Made by a program: the position numbers and the translations under genes. A stretch of DNA of 64,000 nucleotides from Vicinamibacterales bacterium (GTDB lineage Bacteria > Acidobacteriota > Vicinamibacteria > Vicinamibacterales > UBA8438), in NCBI GenBank assembly GCA_965262925.1, contig CBDHGC010000004.1, positions 6,577,869 to 6,641,868 on the forward strand. The letters run 5' to 3'. This document shows positions 49,354-58,532 of the stretch, one piece after another; positions within the stretch are counted from its first letter, which is position 1; each line of letters begins with the position of its first letter. The notes under the pieces are model-generated. The model saw only the letters and a program-made list of their open reading frames with translations. It searched no databases and was not told the DNA's origin.

Positions 49354-51732
49354 ATGAAGACGATGGCGCTGAAGAAGCTGGCGGGGATGGTGGTCGTCGC
49401 GAGCGCTGCCGGTGCGCTGGGCCTCGCCGCCGCGAGCCCCGCGCGGGCGCAGAACGAGCAGGAAGGCCCGGCGGCAGCCGCCACGGCACGCGCCGCGCTC
49501 GACCGCTACTGCGTCACCTGCCACAACGAAAGGCTGCGCACGGCCGGGCTGACCCTCGACACGGTCGATCCGGCACACGTCGGCGACGCCCGCGAGACCT
49601 GGGAGAAGGTGGTGCGGAAACTCCGTACCGGCATGATGCCGCCCGCGCCGCGGCCGCGGCCGGACGCGGACACCTACTCCACGGTCGTCGGCTACCTGGA
49701 GGCTGCCCTCGACCGCGCCGCGGACGCCAGTCCCGACCCGGGGCGGCCCGCGGTGCAGCGGCTCAACCGCACCGAGTACACGAACGCGATCCGCGACCTG
49801 CTGGCGCTGGAGGTCGACGGCCGGGGCCTGCTGCCGGCGGACGACTCGGGCTACGGATTCGACAACATCGGCGACGTGCTGTCGGTCTCGCCGGGGTTGC
49901 TGGAACGCTACCTGCTGGCGGCGGCGAAGATCAGCCGGCGCGCGGTCGGCGACCCGACGTTGCGCACGGCCACCGCCATCTACAAGACGTCGCCGCTGCT
50001 CTCGCAGGACGGCCGCCTCAGCGAGGACCTGCCGTTCGGTTCCCGCGGCGGCCTCGCGGTGCGCCACCACTTCCCGCTCGACGCCGAGTACGTGATCCGC
50101 GTGGCTCTGCGGGGGCGCGCACGTGCCGGGCATCGACTGGAGGTCCGTCTCGATCGCGAACGCGTCCGGCTCTTCGACCTCGGGACCGGAGAGCCACTGG
50201 CGGTACGCATCCCGGTAACGGCCGGCACGCGGCTGCTGGGAACCTCCTTCGTCGAGGAGATCGGGAGATCGCTGCCGGTCGACGGGCGCCCGGCCCCGCC
50301 CCCGATCACCAGCTTCGCTTTCACGCTCTATCCGAACGCTCCTGCCGTGGAACGCATCGAGGTGATCGGGCCGTACGACGGTCGGACGCCCGACGATACG
50401 CCGAGCCGCCGGGCCATCTTCACCTGCTATCCGGTCGAAGGCGACGACGAACGGCCGTGCGCCGAGCAGATCCTCGCCTCGCTCGCGCGCCGCGCGTACC
50501 GTCGGCCGGTGGCCGCCGCCGACACCGCCCCCCTCCTCGCCGCCTTCGAGGCTGGCCGGAACGAGGGAGACAGCTTCGACGACGGCATCCGGTGGGCCCT
50601 CGAAGCGCTGCTCGTGTCGCCGAAGTTCCTGTTCCGAGTGGAGCGCGAGCCGGCGGACGCCGCGCCCGGCGCGCCGTATCGCATCGCCGACCCGGACCTG
50701 GCCTCGCGGCTGTCCTTCTTCCTCTGGAGCAGCATCCCGGACGACGAGCTCATCGACCTGGCGGCCCGCGGGGAGCTGAGCGACCCGGCCGTGCTCCACC
50801 ACCAGGTGCGCCGGATGCTGGCGGATCCCCGCGCGCAGGCGCTGGTGGAGAACTTCGCCGGCCAGTGGCTCTATCTCCGCAACCTGCGCAGCGTGGCGCC
50901 GGACACCACGCGGTTCCCCGAGTTCGATGACAACCTCCGGCAGGCGCTCCGGCAGGAGACGGAGCTGCTCTTCGGCAGTCAGCTCCGCGAGGACCACAGC
51001 GTTCACGACCTGCTGCGGGCCGACTACACGTTCGTCAACGAAAGGCTGGCCCGTCACTACGGGATGCCCAACATCTACGGGAACCACTTCCGGCGCGTGC
51101 GGTACCGCGACGACCGGCGGGCCGGCCTGCTCGGTCACGGAAGCATCCTGACGGTGACGTCGTACCCGCACCGTACGTCGCCCGTGCTGCGCGGCAAGTG
51201 GCTCCTGGAGAACCTGCTGGATGCACCGCCGCCACCGCCGCCACCCGACATTCCGGAGCTCGGCGGAGACGACGACGCCGGAGTGCCGGCCACGATGCGC
51301 GAACGCATGGCGCAGCACCGGGCCAGCCCCGCCTGCGCCACCTGTCACGCCAAGATCGACCCGCTGGGCTTCGCCCTCGAGAACTTCGACGCGGTCGGAC
51401 GCTGGCGCGCGGGTGAGGACGGAGCAGCTACCGCCATCGACGCCTCGGGCGCTCTGCCCGACGGCGCGCCGTTCGACGGCCCCGCCGCGTTCCGGGACGC
51501 GTTGCTGCGCGAGCCCTGGGCCAGCGAGTTCGCCACCACCGTCACCGAGAAGCTGCTGACCTACGCGCTCGGCCGCGGACTGGATCACCGCGACGCGCCG
51601 GCCGTCCGCCGGATTCTCCGCAGCGCCCGGGCCGACGACTATCGCTGGTCGTCGCTGATTCTCGGTATCGTCGAGAGCATGCCGTTCCAGATGCGAAGAT
51701 CGTTGGACGCGGACGAACCAAGCGCGCCGTAG
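49354..51732 (+). CDS. DUF1592-family di-heme cytochrome c protein (copy 3)
   Basis: CVTCH, RLNRTEY, LASRLSFFLWSS, CATCH. Confidence 0.9.
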   Translation: MKTMALKKLAGMVVVASAAGALGLAAASPARAQNEQEGPAAAATARAALDRYCVTCHNERLRTAGLTLDTVDPAHVGDARETWEKVVRKLRTGMMPPAPRPRPDADTYSTVVGYLEAALDRAADASPDPGRPAVQRLNRTEYTNAIRDLLALEVDGRGLLPADDSGYGFDNIGDVLSVSPGLLERYLLAAAKISRRAVGDPTLRTATAIYKTSPLLSQDGRLSEDLPFGSRGGLAVRHHFPLDAEYVIRVALRGRARAGHRLEVRLDRERVRLFDLGTGEPLAVRIPVTAGTRLLGTSFVEEIGRSLPVDGRPAPPPITSFAFTLYPNAPAVERIEVIGPYDGRTPDDTPSRRAIFTCYPVEGDDERPCAEQILASLARRAYRRPVAAADTAPLLAAFEAGRNEGDSFDDGIRWALEALLVSPKFLFRVEREPADAAPGAPYRIADPDLASRLSFFLWSSIPDDELIDLAARGELSDPAVLHHQVRRMLADPRAQALVENFAGQWLYLRNLRSVAPDTTRFPEFDDNLRQALRQETELLFGSQLREDHSVHDLLRADYTFVNERLARHYGMPNIYGNHFRRVRYRDDRRAGLLGHGSILTVTSYPHRTSPVLRGKWLLENLLDAPPPPPPPDIPELGGDDDAGVPATMRERMAQHRASPACATCHAKIDPLGFALENFDAVGRWRAGEDGAATAIDASGALPDGAPFDGPAAFRDALLREPWASEFATTVTEKLLTYALGRGLDHRDAPAVRRILRSARADDYRWSSLILGIVESMPFQMRRSLDADEPSAP

Positions 51733-51749
51733 CGGCCGAAGAGGCACTA

Positions 51750-53105
51750 ATGATCATCACGAAGAAGACGCTTTCCCGCCGCACGGTGCTACGCGGTCTC
51801 GGCGCCTCGTTGGCGCTGCCGCTGCTGGACGGCATGGTCCCGGCGTTCGCGGCGATCCGCAACTCGGCGGCCAACCCGGTCCGTCGCTTCGGTGCCGTCT
51901 ACGTGCCTAACGGCGTCGAGATGCGTGCGTGGACCCCCAAGGGGACCGGTACCGCGCTGGAGCTGACGCCGGTGCTCGAGCCGCTGGCGCCGGTGCGCGA
52001 GCAGGTCAACGTGCTGAGCGGTCTGGCCGACAAGGTCGCCATTCCGCGCGAGGGTGAAGGGGTCGGCGACCACGCCCGCGCCGCGTCGACGTGGCTGACC
52101 GGCGTGCACGTCAAGAAGACCGAGGGTCCCGACATCCGCGCCGGCATCTCGATGGATCAGATCGCCGCGCGGGCCTTCGGCAACGAGACCCAGCTCGCGG
52201 CGCTGGAGCTGGCCATCGATTCGGTCGAGGTGCTCGGCGCCTGCGATCAGGGCTATAGCTGCGCCTACACGAACACGATCGCCTGGCGCACGCCGACGAC
52301 GCCGCTGCCGATGGAGAACAACCCGCGCGCCGTGTTCGAGCGCCTGTTCGGGGCCACCGACAGCACGGACGTCGAGGCGCGGCTGGCCCGCCTCCGCCAG
52401 GACCGCAGCATCCTCGATTTCGTGACCGCCGAGGCCGACGCGATCAGACGCACCCTCGGTCAGGGCGACCAGCTCAAGCTGGCGCAGTATCTCGATGCGG
52501 TGCGGGACGTCGAGCGGCGCATCCAGACGGCTGAGCGGCAGAGCGACCGCGAGATTCCGGTCGTCGAGCAGCCGGCAGGCACCCCGGACACCTTCGAGGA
52601 GCACTGCCGGCTGATGTTCGACCTCCTGATCCTGGCCTACCAGACCGACCTGACGCGGGTCGGCACCTTCATGTTCGGCAAGGAGGTCAGCGGCCGGTCG
52701 TTCCCGGAGATCGGCGTGCCGGGCGGCCATCACGGCTACTCGCACCACCAGAACGATCCCGAGAACCTGGAGATGCTCGCGCGGATCAACACGCACCACG
52801 TCCGTCAGTTCGGCTACTTCCTGGAGAAGATGCAGTCGATTCCGGACGGCGACGGCTCGCTGCTCGACCACTCGCTGTTCCTCTACGGCGCGGGCATCAG
52901 CGACGGGAACCTTCACTTCCACCTCGACCTGCCGACGCTGCTGGCGGGCGGAGCGTCCGGGCGGGTCAAGGGCGGGCGCCACCTGCGCTACGAGCACGAC
53001 ACGCCGCTGTCCAACCTGCACATGGCGGTGCTCGGCAAGCTGGGACTGCCGGTGGAGACCTTCGGCGACAGCACGGGTGCGTTGGAGTACCTGTCGGAGC
53101 TTTAG
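51750..53105 (+). CDS. DUF1552 family Tat-exported protein (copy 3)
   Basis: SRRTVLRG, GDHARA, GACDQGYSCAY, HHGYSHH, GNLHFH. Confidence 0.9.
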   Translation: MIITKKTLSRRTVLRGLGASLALPLLDGMVPAFAAIRNSAANPVRRFGAVYVPNGVEMRAWTPKGTGTALELTPVLEPLAPVREQVNVLSGLADKVAIPREGEGVGDHARAASTWLTGVHVKKTEGPDIRAGISMDQIAARAFGNETQLAALELAIDSVEVLGACDQGYSCAYTNTIAWRTPTTPLPMENNPRAVFERLFGATDSTDVEARLARLRQDRSILDFVTAEADAIRRTLGQGDQLKLAQYLDAVRDVERRIQTAERQSDREIPVVEQPAGTPDTFEEHCRLMFDLLILAYQTDLTRVGTFMFGKEVSGRSFPEIGVPGGHHGYSHHQNDPENLEMLARINTHHVRQFGYFLEKMQSIPDGDGSLLDHSLFLYGAGISDGNLHFHLDLPTLLAGGASGRVKGGRHLRYEHDTPLSNLHMAVLGKLGLPVETFGDSTGALEYLSEL

Positions 53106-53244
53106 AGGCTCGCCGGCGGACGGCGACATCGTTCCACGCAGGTTGACGGTGTCCGGTACTTCCGCCGGGCTCTCGACGAAAGGGATCCTGGTGTTCGTCT
53201 GTCAGGGCCTCGGATTGCTGACCCACGGTCGGGAGAAAACAACC

Positions 53245-54525
53245 ATGTCGAGCGCGACGCGCATGGCAATCGTGGCCGCACTGGCCGCCGTCGCGGCGAT
53301 CGCCGCGTTCGGTCCGGGGCCGCTCCAGGCCCAGACGTATTCCAACAATCCGTACCGCCCCGTCCCGTGGCCCAAGCCCTGGCAGCCGGACGGGTTGAAC
53401 GGATCCATCGACTTCGGCGCGACGACGGGGATCTATGCAGACCCCAACACCGACCACATCTGGCTTGCCACCAGGTGCGGGCGCACGCCCAGGTACCACA
53501 CGAACCAGGAGGGCTGCGTCTTCAAGCCCGACTACGACATGGTCTTCAAGTTCGACCTGGACGGCAGCCTCGTCGCGAGGTTCGGCGCGGGAACCCTGGG
53601 CAAGCCGCACTCCCTGTTCGTGGACGCCGAAGGCAACGTCTGGGTGGCCGACTTTGCGGGCGGGGCCGAATACGGACACACGGCGGCCGAGGTAGAGGAC
53701 GAGATGAGGCGCAGAGGGCTTGGCCACCAGGTCGTCAAGTTCAGCCCCGCTGGAGAGGTCCTGATGCGGCTCGGAACGCCGGGAGTCCCCGGGGGCGACG
53801 AAACCCACTTCCGCAATCCATCGGCGGTTGCCGTCGCTCTCGACGGATCCATCTTCGTCGGTGACGGTCACGGCGGCAACGGAAACAACCGTCTCGTGAA
53901 GTTCGCATCCGACGGCGCGTTCATCAAGCAGATCGGCTGCTCGGACTGCCCATCGGGCCAGACGGGCAACACGGCCTGGGGGGAGGTCAAGGACGCGCAT
54001 GCCCTGGACTTCGACGCCGAGGGGCGGCTGTTCGTCGCGGACAAGTTGAACGGCCGGATCCAGGTCTTCGACCAGGACCTGAACCTGCTCGACGTGTGGA
54101 CGCAGTTCGGCGCGCCTGCCGGCCTGGCGATCGACCGGGCATCCGGTCTTCTCGTGACCGCGGACGCCGAGTCGCACAACTCGCCGCCGCTGGACGGCTC
54201 GCCCGCCAACGCGGGCTGGGAGCAGGGGCTCTACGTAGGGTCTGCCAGGACCGGTTGGGTGACGTCCTTCATCCTCGCCGCGGCGCCGCCGATCACGGGC
54301 GGAGACGGGGGACCGGAAGGGGTGGCGGTCGACCGCTACGGCAACATCTACTGGGGAGAGACCAGATCGACGCTGGACATCATGCGCGGACAGCACATCA
54401 TGAAGTTCGTCGACATCACGAGGACGCCCCACGCGACGTGCGAGTGGTGGGGATACGAATCGGAGCGGGAGGGCAGAGGCCTGGTCGGCTGCGGCATCGA
54501 CCGGGAGTCCCGCAACGATCCGTAA
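53245..54525 (+). CDS. Secreted NHL/PAL-like beta-propeller protein
   Basis: Signal peptide, PHSLFVD, GHQVVKFSPAGEVLM, GDGH, AHAL, ADKLNGRIQVFD. Confidence 0.85.
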   Translation: MSSATRMAIVAALAAVAAIAAFGPGPLQAQTYSNNPYRPVPWPKPWQPDGLNGSIDFGATTGIYADPNTDHIWLATRCGRTPRYHTNQEGCVFKPDYDMVFKFDLDGSLVARFGAGTLGKPHSLFVDAEGNVWVADFAGGAEYGHTAAEVEDEMRRRGLGHQVVKFSPAGEVLMRLGTPGVPGGDETHFRNPSAVAVALDGSIFVGDGHGGNGNNRLVKFASDGAFIKQIGCSDCPSGQTGNTAWGEVKDAHALDFDAEGRLFVADKLNGRIQVFDQDLNLLDVWTQFGAPAGLAIDRASGLLVTADAESHNSPPLDGSPANAGWEQGLYVGSARTGWVTSFILAAAPPITGGDGGPEGVAVDRYGNIYWGETRSTLDIMRGQHIMKFVDITRTPHATCEWWGYESEREGRGLVGCGIDRESRNDP

Positions 54526-54554
54526 CGGCAGCCAACGGAATGCCTGGAGTCGAA

Positions 54555-55799
54555 ATGAAGAAACGCGATTTCACCTGTGTCGCCGCTGCCGCTCTCGGCC
54601 TTGTTCTTGCCGGGACGCCGGCGCGCTCTCAAACGGAGCCGCCGACCGAGGGGCCGCCCGTCGACGGGTCGCCGGCGTGGTTTCTGCAGGGGTCATTCCC
54701 CGACCCGGGTGGACGGACGATCGTCGGTCCAGATGGACACGTCACGACGGTCCCTCGCAGCGAAGCCGGGGGTTACAGCACCACCACCGGGGGAACCCCG
54801 GGTTGCAGCGGCTCGCCTGTCTGCGGCAAGCGAGATGGCCGGCGCCGCCAGTCACTGCAGCGCGTGCAGTGGGAACAGACGCTGGGCTACACCTTCACGT
54901 ATCCGTACGAGCTGCCCCCCGGCTTCGGCGGTGTTTCGGCGGTGGCCCTCGATTCGAAGGACAACCTCTGGGTCTTTCAGCGCGCGCCGGCAGGAAAACC
55001 GCAGCTCTTCAAGTTCGACCCGGACTACCACCTCGTCCTCGCGGTCGGCCCGGACGTGATCGGCTACCAGGACAAGGCGCACGGCATGGCCGTGGATGCG
55101 GAGGAAAACGTCTGGATCACCGCCACGAACGGCGCCACCGTGATGAAGCTCGGCCCCGAGGGCGAGCTGCTCCTGACGCTGGGCGAGGCGGGACGCCGCG
55201 GGGACTGGGACGGGGACGAAGCCAGGGGACAGCGGCTGCTCTGGCAGCCGGTGATGGTCGCCTTCGGGCCGAACGGCGACGTCTATATCGCCCAGGGGCA
55301 TGGGAACGAGAGCCCCAACGACACCGATTCCGACGATCCGGCCAACAACATCGGCGCCTCGCGGATCCTGCACGTCGACAGCGACGGCAACTACATCAAC
55401 CAGTGGTTCGGCAACGAGGTCGGCCCGGGCAAGTTCAACTCGGCCCATGGGCTCGCCGTCGATCCCACGAACGGCGACGTCTGGATCGGCGACCGCGAGG
55501 ACTATCGCATCGTGATCTACTCGGGTGACGGCAGGTTCCTCAGGACGCTGCAGATGAGAAACCTCGTGTGCGCCCTCTACTTCGACTCGCACGGCCAGCC
55601 GTGGATGGCGAGCGGCCAGGACGGGCAGTTCCTCAAGCTGGACCGGACCGGCAAGGTGCTCGGCGCCATCGGCAACGGAATGGGGACAGGAACCGGCCAG
55701 TTCATCGAAGCCAGCTACTGGGTCATGGACAGGCAGGACAATCTGTACGCGGGCGACACGAGCGTCGCCCGCGTCACCAGAATCGTCGCGCCCAGGTAG
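54555..55799 (+). CDS. Secreted NHL/PAL-like beta-propeller protein
   Basis: Signal peptide, AHGMAVD, AQGH, AHGLAVD, GDREDYRI. Confidence 0.82.
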   Translation: MKKRDFTCVAAAALGLVLAGTPARSQTEPPTEGPPVDGSPAWFLQGSFPDPGGRTIVGPDGHVTTVPRSEAGGYSTTTGGTPGCSGSPVCGKRDGRRRQSLQRVQWEQTLGYTFTYPYELPPGFGGVSAVALDSKDNLWVFQRAPAGKPQLFKFDPDYHLVLAVGPDVIGYQDKAHGMAVDAEENVWITATNGATVMKLGPEGELLLTLGEAGRRGDWDGDEARGQRLLWQPVMVAFGPNGDVYIAQGHGNESPNDTDSDDPANNIGASRILHVDSDGNYINQWFGNEVGPGKFNSAHGLAVDPTNGDVWIGDREDYRIVIYSGDGRFLRTLQMRNLVCALYFDSHGQPWMASGQDGQFLKLDRTGKVLGAIGNGMGTGTGQFIEASYWVMDRQDNLYAGDTSVARVTRIVAPR

Positions 55800-55872
55800 A
55801 AGCGACGGCACCGGCGGGCCTGGTATCTGCCGGACGTGCAGTTCGCCGTCCGCCCCGCGCAGGGCAGCGGCG

Positions 55873-56034
55873 TCAGCGGGCGGCGCGGCCCACGTATCCC
55901 TGGAACGTGCGCTCGACGAAGTCGTCCACGCCGGGGACGAACAGGACCGAGAGGATGGTGACGACCAGCGCGGCGGCGATGCACCAGTAGAAGTACCGCA
56001 TCGCCCGGTCCGGGGACAGTTCTGTAAGACCCAT
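55873..56034 (-). CDS. Small single-TM protein (53 aa), below ORF-track cutoff
   Basis: MGLTELSPDRAMRYFYWCIAAALVVTILSVLFVPGVDDFVERTFQGYVGRAAR; starts 6 nt after the upstream stop; GC3-rich codons. Confidence 0.55.
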   Translation of the reverse strand: MGLTELSPDRAMRYFYWCIAAALVVTILSVLFVPGVDDFVERTFQGYVGRAAR

Positions 56035-56040
56035 TGTCCG

Positions 56041-56559
56041 TCAGCCCCTCGGCGCCGCCTCGAAGACCCAGGAGCCTCCCGCTTCCACGGAAGCCCGGGT
56101 CACCTGCGACGGGTACTTGTCCCGGATGGCGGCGCAGATGCCGTCCAGTACTTCGCCGGATTCGATGCGCACCAGTCGGCGCTCGTAGCGCTTTCCCTCG
56201 ATCCGGAGCACCGCGCGGCCATCGCGTTCCGCCTGCACCGGCCAGCGCTTCCACCACCGCCCGACGGTCGTGCCCATATAGCCCGACCAGACATAGAGCC
56301 GGCCATCGTATTCCGTCGTCCAGATGCGGCGCGACCGGGGGGGATCGAGCAACTGCAACTCGATGGTCGGGATGTCCCTGACGAAGCTCCAGTCCGGTTC
56401 CGGGCCGGCGTGCAGCTCGCCGGCCACCAGGGGACCGCCGGAGAACAGGCGGTTCGGACCATCGGCGTACCGTTGCTTCACCGCTGCCGTGGTGACCGCC
56501 GTCACCGGGATCAACAGCAGGCAGCCGACGACGATCAGCACTCGCTGGACCATGCTCAT
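56041..56559 (-). CDS. Membrane-anchored hypothetical protein (DUF2255 / split-barrel-like)
   Basis: N-terminal TM, PPRSRRIW, DGRAVLRIEGKRYE, KY. Confidence 0.7.
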   Translation of the reverse strand: MSMVQRVLIVVGCLLLIPVTAVTTAAVKQRYADGPNRLFSGGPLVAGELHAGPEPDWSFVRDIPTIELQLLDPPRSRRIWTTEYDGRLYVWSGYMGTTVGRWWKRWPVQAERDGRAVLRIEGKRYERRLVRIESGEVLDGICAAIRDKYPSQVTRASVEAGGSWVFEAAPRG

Positions 56560-56623
56560 GACGCACCCAGTCTAGCATCGGCCGCCGCTCGCAGTCGCTG
56601 TTTGCGGGCGTTAGAATCCCCTC

Positions 56624-58405
56624 ATGACGTGCCTGCGCCCGCCGGTCCCCGTCGCGGCCGCGCTGGTTGCCGCCTTCGTTCTGCTTGCGGGGTTGGCCCT
56701 GGCGGGGCAGGACCCCTCGACCGTTCCGGACGGCGCGACCGGACGCTTCACGCTTTCGATCGTCGGCACCACCGACCTGCACGGCCGCGTGTTCCCGAAC
56801 GACGGACGCGGAGGCCTTGCGCTGCTGGGCGGGTATCTGCGCAATCTGCGCACCGCGCGCGCGGCCGACGGCGGCGCGGTGCTGCTGCTGGACGCGGGCG
56901 ACTCCTTCGAGGGCGGGATCGCATCCAATCTCTCGGAAGGAGCCCTCGTCGTCGACGCCTACGACGCGCTCGGCTACGACGCACTCGCCATCGGCAATCA
57001 CGAGTTCGATTACGGAGCCCTCGACACCGCGTCCGGGGACGGGGGCACGCCCGACATGCGCGGTGCGCTCAAGGCCGCGGCCGCGCGGGCACGGTTTCCG
57101 TTTCTCGCGGCGAACTTGATCGACGCGGCGACGGGACTTCCGGTGGATTGGCCGAACGTCCGGCCGTCCACGCTCGTCGACGCCGCGGGCGTTCGGGTGG
57201 GCATCGTCGGGATCATGACCCGCTACGGGCTCACGAGGACGCTCGCGTCGAACGTCCAGGGGCTCGACACGACGGCGCTCGCATCCACCGTCGAGCTCGA
57301 GGCGCGGCGCCTGCGCGGGCACGGCGCCGATCTGGTGCTGGTACTCGCGCACGCCGGCGGCGCGTGCTTTCGGTTCGACGATCCCATCGACCTGTCGTCG
57401 TGCGACGACGACGCCGAGATCTTCCAGTTGGCCCGGCGGCTGCCACCGGATCTCGTCGATGCGATCGTCGCCGGACACACCCACGGGGCGGTGGCGCACG
57501 AGGTGGCCGGCATCCCGATCGTCCAGGCCTATTCGCGCGGGAGGGCGTTCGCCCGCGTCGATCTGACCGTCGAGCGCGGCGCCGGTGTCGTGGCCGCCCG
57601 ACTCTTCCCGCCCCAGGGGGTCTGCGCCGCCGGCGCCCCGGACGGGTGGTCCTGTGCGACCGATGGCGGCAGGCCCGCGTCCTACGAAGCTCGGCCCGTC
57701 CAGCCGGACGAGGCAGTAGTCGCCGCGATGCAACCGGAGCTCGACCGGGTGAACCGCTGGCGCGCCGAGCCGCTCGGCGTCATCCTGGAGACACCTCTCC
57801 CGCGGAACCCGGACGGCATCGAATCGCCGCTCGGCAACCTGTTCGCGGATGCGCTCCTGGCTGCCGTGCCGGGCGCGGATCTCGCGATCGGCATGGGTGG
57901 CAGGCGCGCGGGACTGCGCAGGGATCTACCCGCCGGACCTCTCACCCGTGGGCCTCTCTACGACGTGTTCGCCTTCGACAATCGCATCGTCGAGCTGGCG
58001 ATGACCGGGGCACAGGTGCAGCGAGCCCTGGCTCGCGCGTTGACGCGCGAGCTGGCCCGCAGCCTGCGGGGAATCCCGAGCGTGTCGGGTATCCGCGTGC
58101 GGGTGGCGTGCGCAGGGGAACGGCGGGAACTCGAGATCGTCCGGCCATCGGGAGCCTCGATCGGCCCGAACGAAACGCTCGTCGTGGCAACCACGGACTT
58201 CTTCGTCCGGCGCTCCGCAAGCGACGCCCTCGTCGCGCCGCCGCCGGCGCTGCCGTCCGCCCCGCTGGTCCGGGAGGCGGTCGCCGCCTGGCTCGGCGCC
58301 CGCGGTGGACGGCTCGGCGCGGCCGACCTGACGACACCGCCGCGCTGGGAAACGCCCGACGGGGCCTGCCTCCGACCACCGGCTGCACGGCCAGACCGCC
58401 GATGA
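56624..58405 (+). CDS. Secreted bifunctional metallophosphatase / 5'-nucleotidase
   Basis: TTDLHG, LDAGD, GNHEFDYG, AHAG, AGHTH, ESPLGNLFAD. Confidence 0.92.
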   Translation: MTCLRPPVPVAAALVAAFVLLAGLALAGQDPSTVPDGATGRFTLSIVGTTDLHGRVFPNDGRGGLALLGGYLRNLRTARAADGGAVLLLDAGDSFEGGIASNLSEGALVVDAYDALGYDALAIGNHEFDYGALDTASGDGGTPDMRGALKAAAARARFPFLAANLIDAATGLPVDWPNVRPSTLVDAAGVRVGIVGIMTRYGLTRTLASNVQGLDTTALASTVELEARRLRGHGADLVLVLAHAGGACFRFDDPIDLSSCDDDAEIFQLARRLPPDLVDAIVAGHTHGAVAHEVAGIPIVQAYSRGRAFARVDLTVERGAGVVAARLFPPQGVCAAGAPDGWSCATDGGRPASYEARPVQPDEAVVAAMQPELDRVNRWRAEPLGVILETPLPRNPDGIESPLGNLFADALLAAVPGADLAIGMGGRRAGLRRDLPAGPLTRGPLYDVFAFDNRIVELAMTGAQVQRALARALTRELARSLRGIPSVSGIRVRVACAGERRELEIVRPSGASIGPNETLVVATTDFFVRRSASDALVAPPPALPSAPLVREAVAAWLGARGGRLGAADLTTPPRWETPDGACLRPPAARPDRR

Positions 58406-58532
58406 AGCAGAAGCGCCAGTCGCGGGCTTCACAGAAGTTCTGCAGGTCGGCCGCCACCCGGATCAGCTCAAACACGGCGGGACTGCGCCTGCACGAACCA
58501 GCGTTGCTGCTCGATGAGGCCCGATGTCTGGT
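58368..58532 (-). pseudogene. Relic of a two-gene nucleotidyltransferase toxin-antitoxin-like locus
   Basis: ...TSGLIEQQRWFVQAQSRRV* overlapping GTG-FELIRVAADLQNFCEARDWRFCFIGGLAVQ, then a frameshift to RWSE; truncated on both sides. Confidence 0.55.

Noticed and set aside
40238-56559. Gly-extended precursor peptide for the putative amidation system
   Set aside because: No short secreted ORF ending in Gly found by eye; proteins ending in Gly (methyltransferase, 56041..56559) are not convincing substrates
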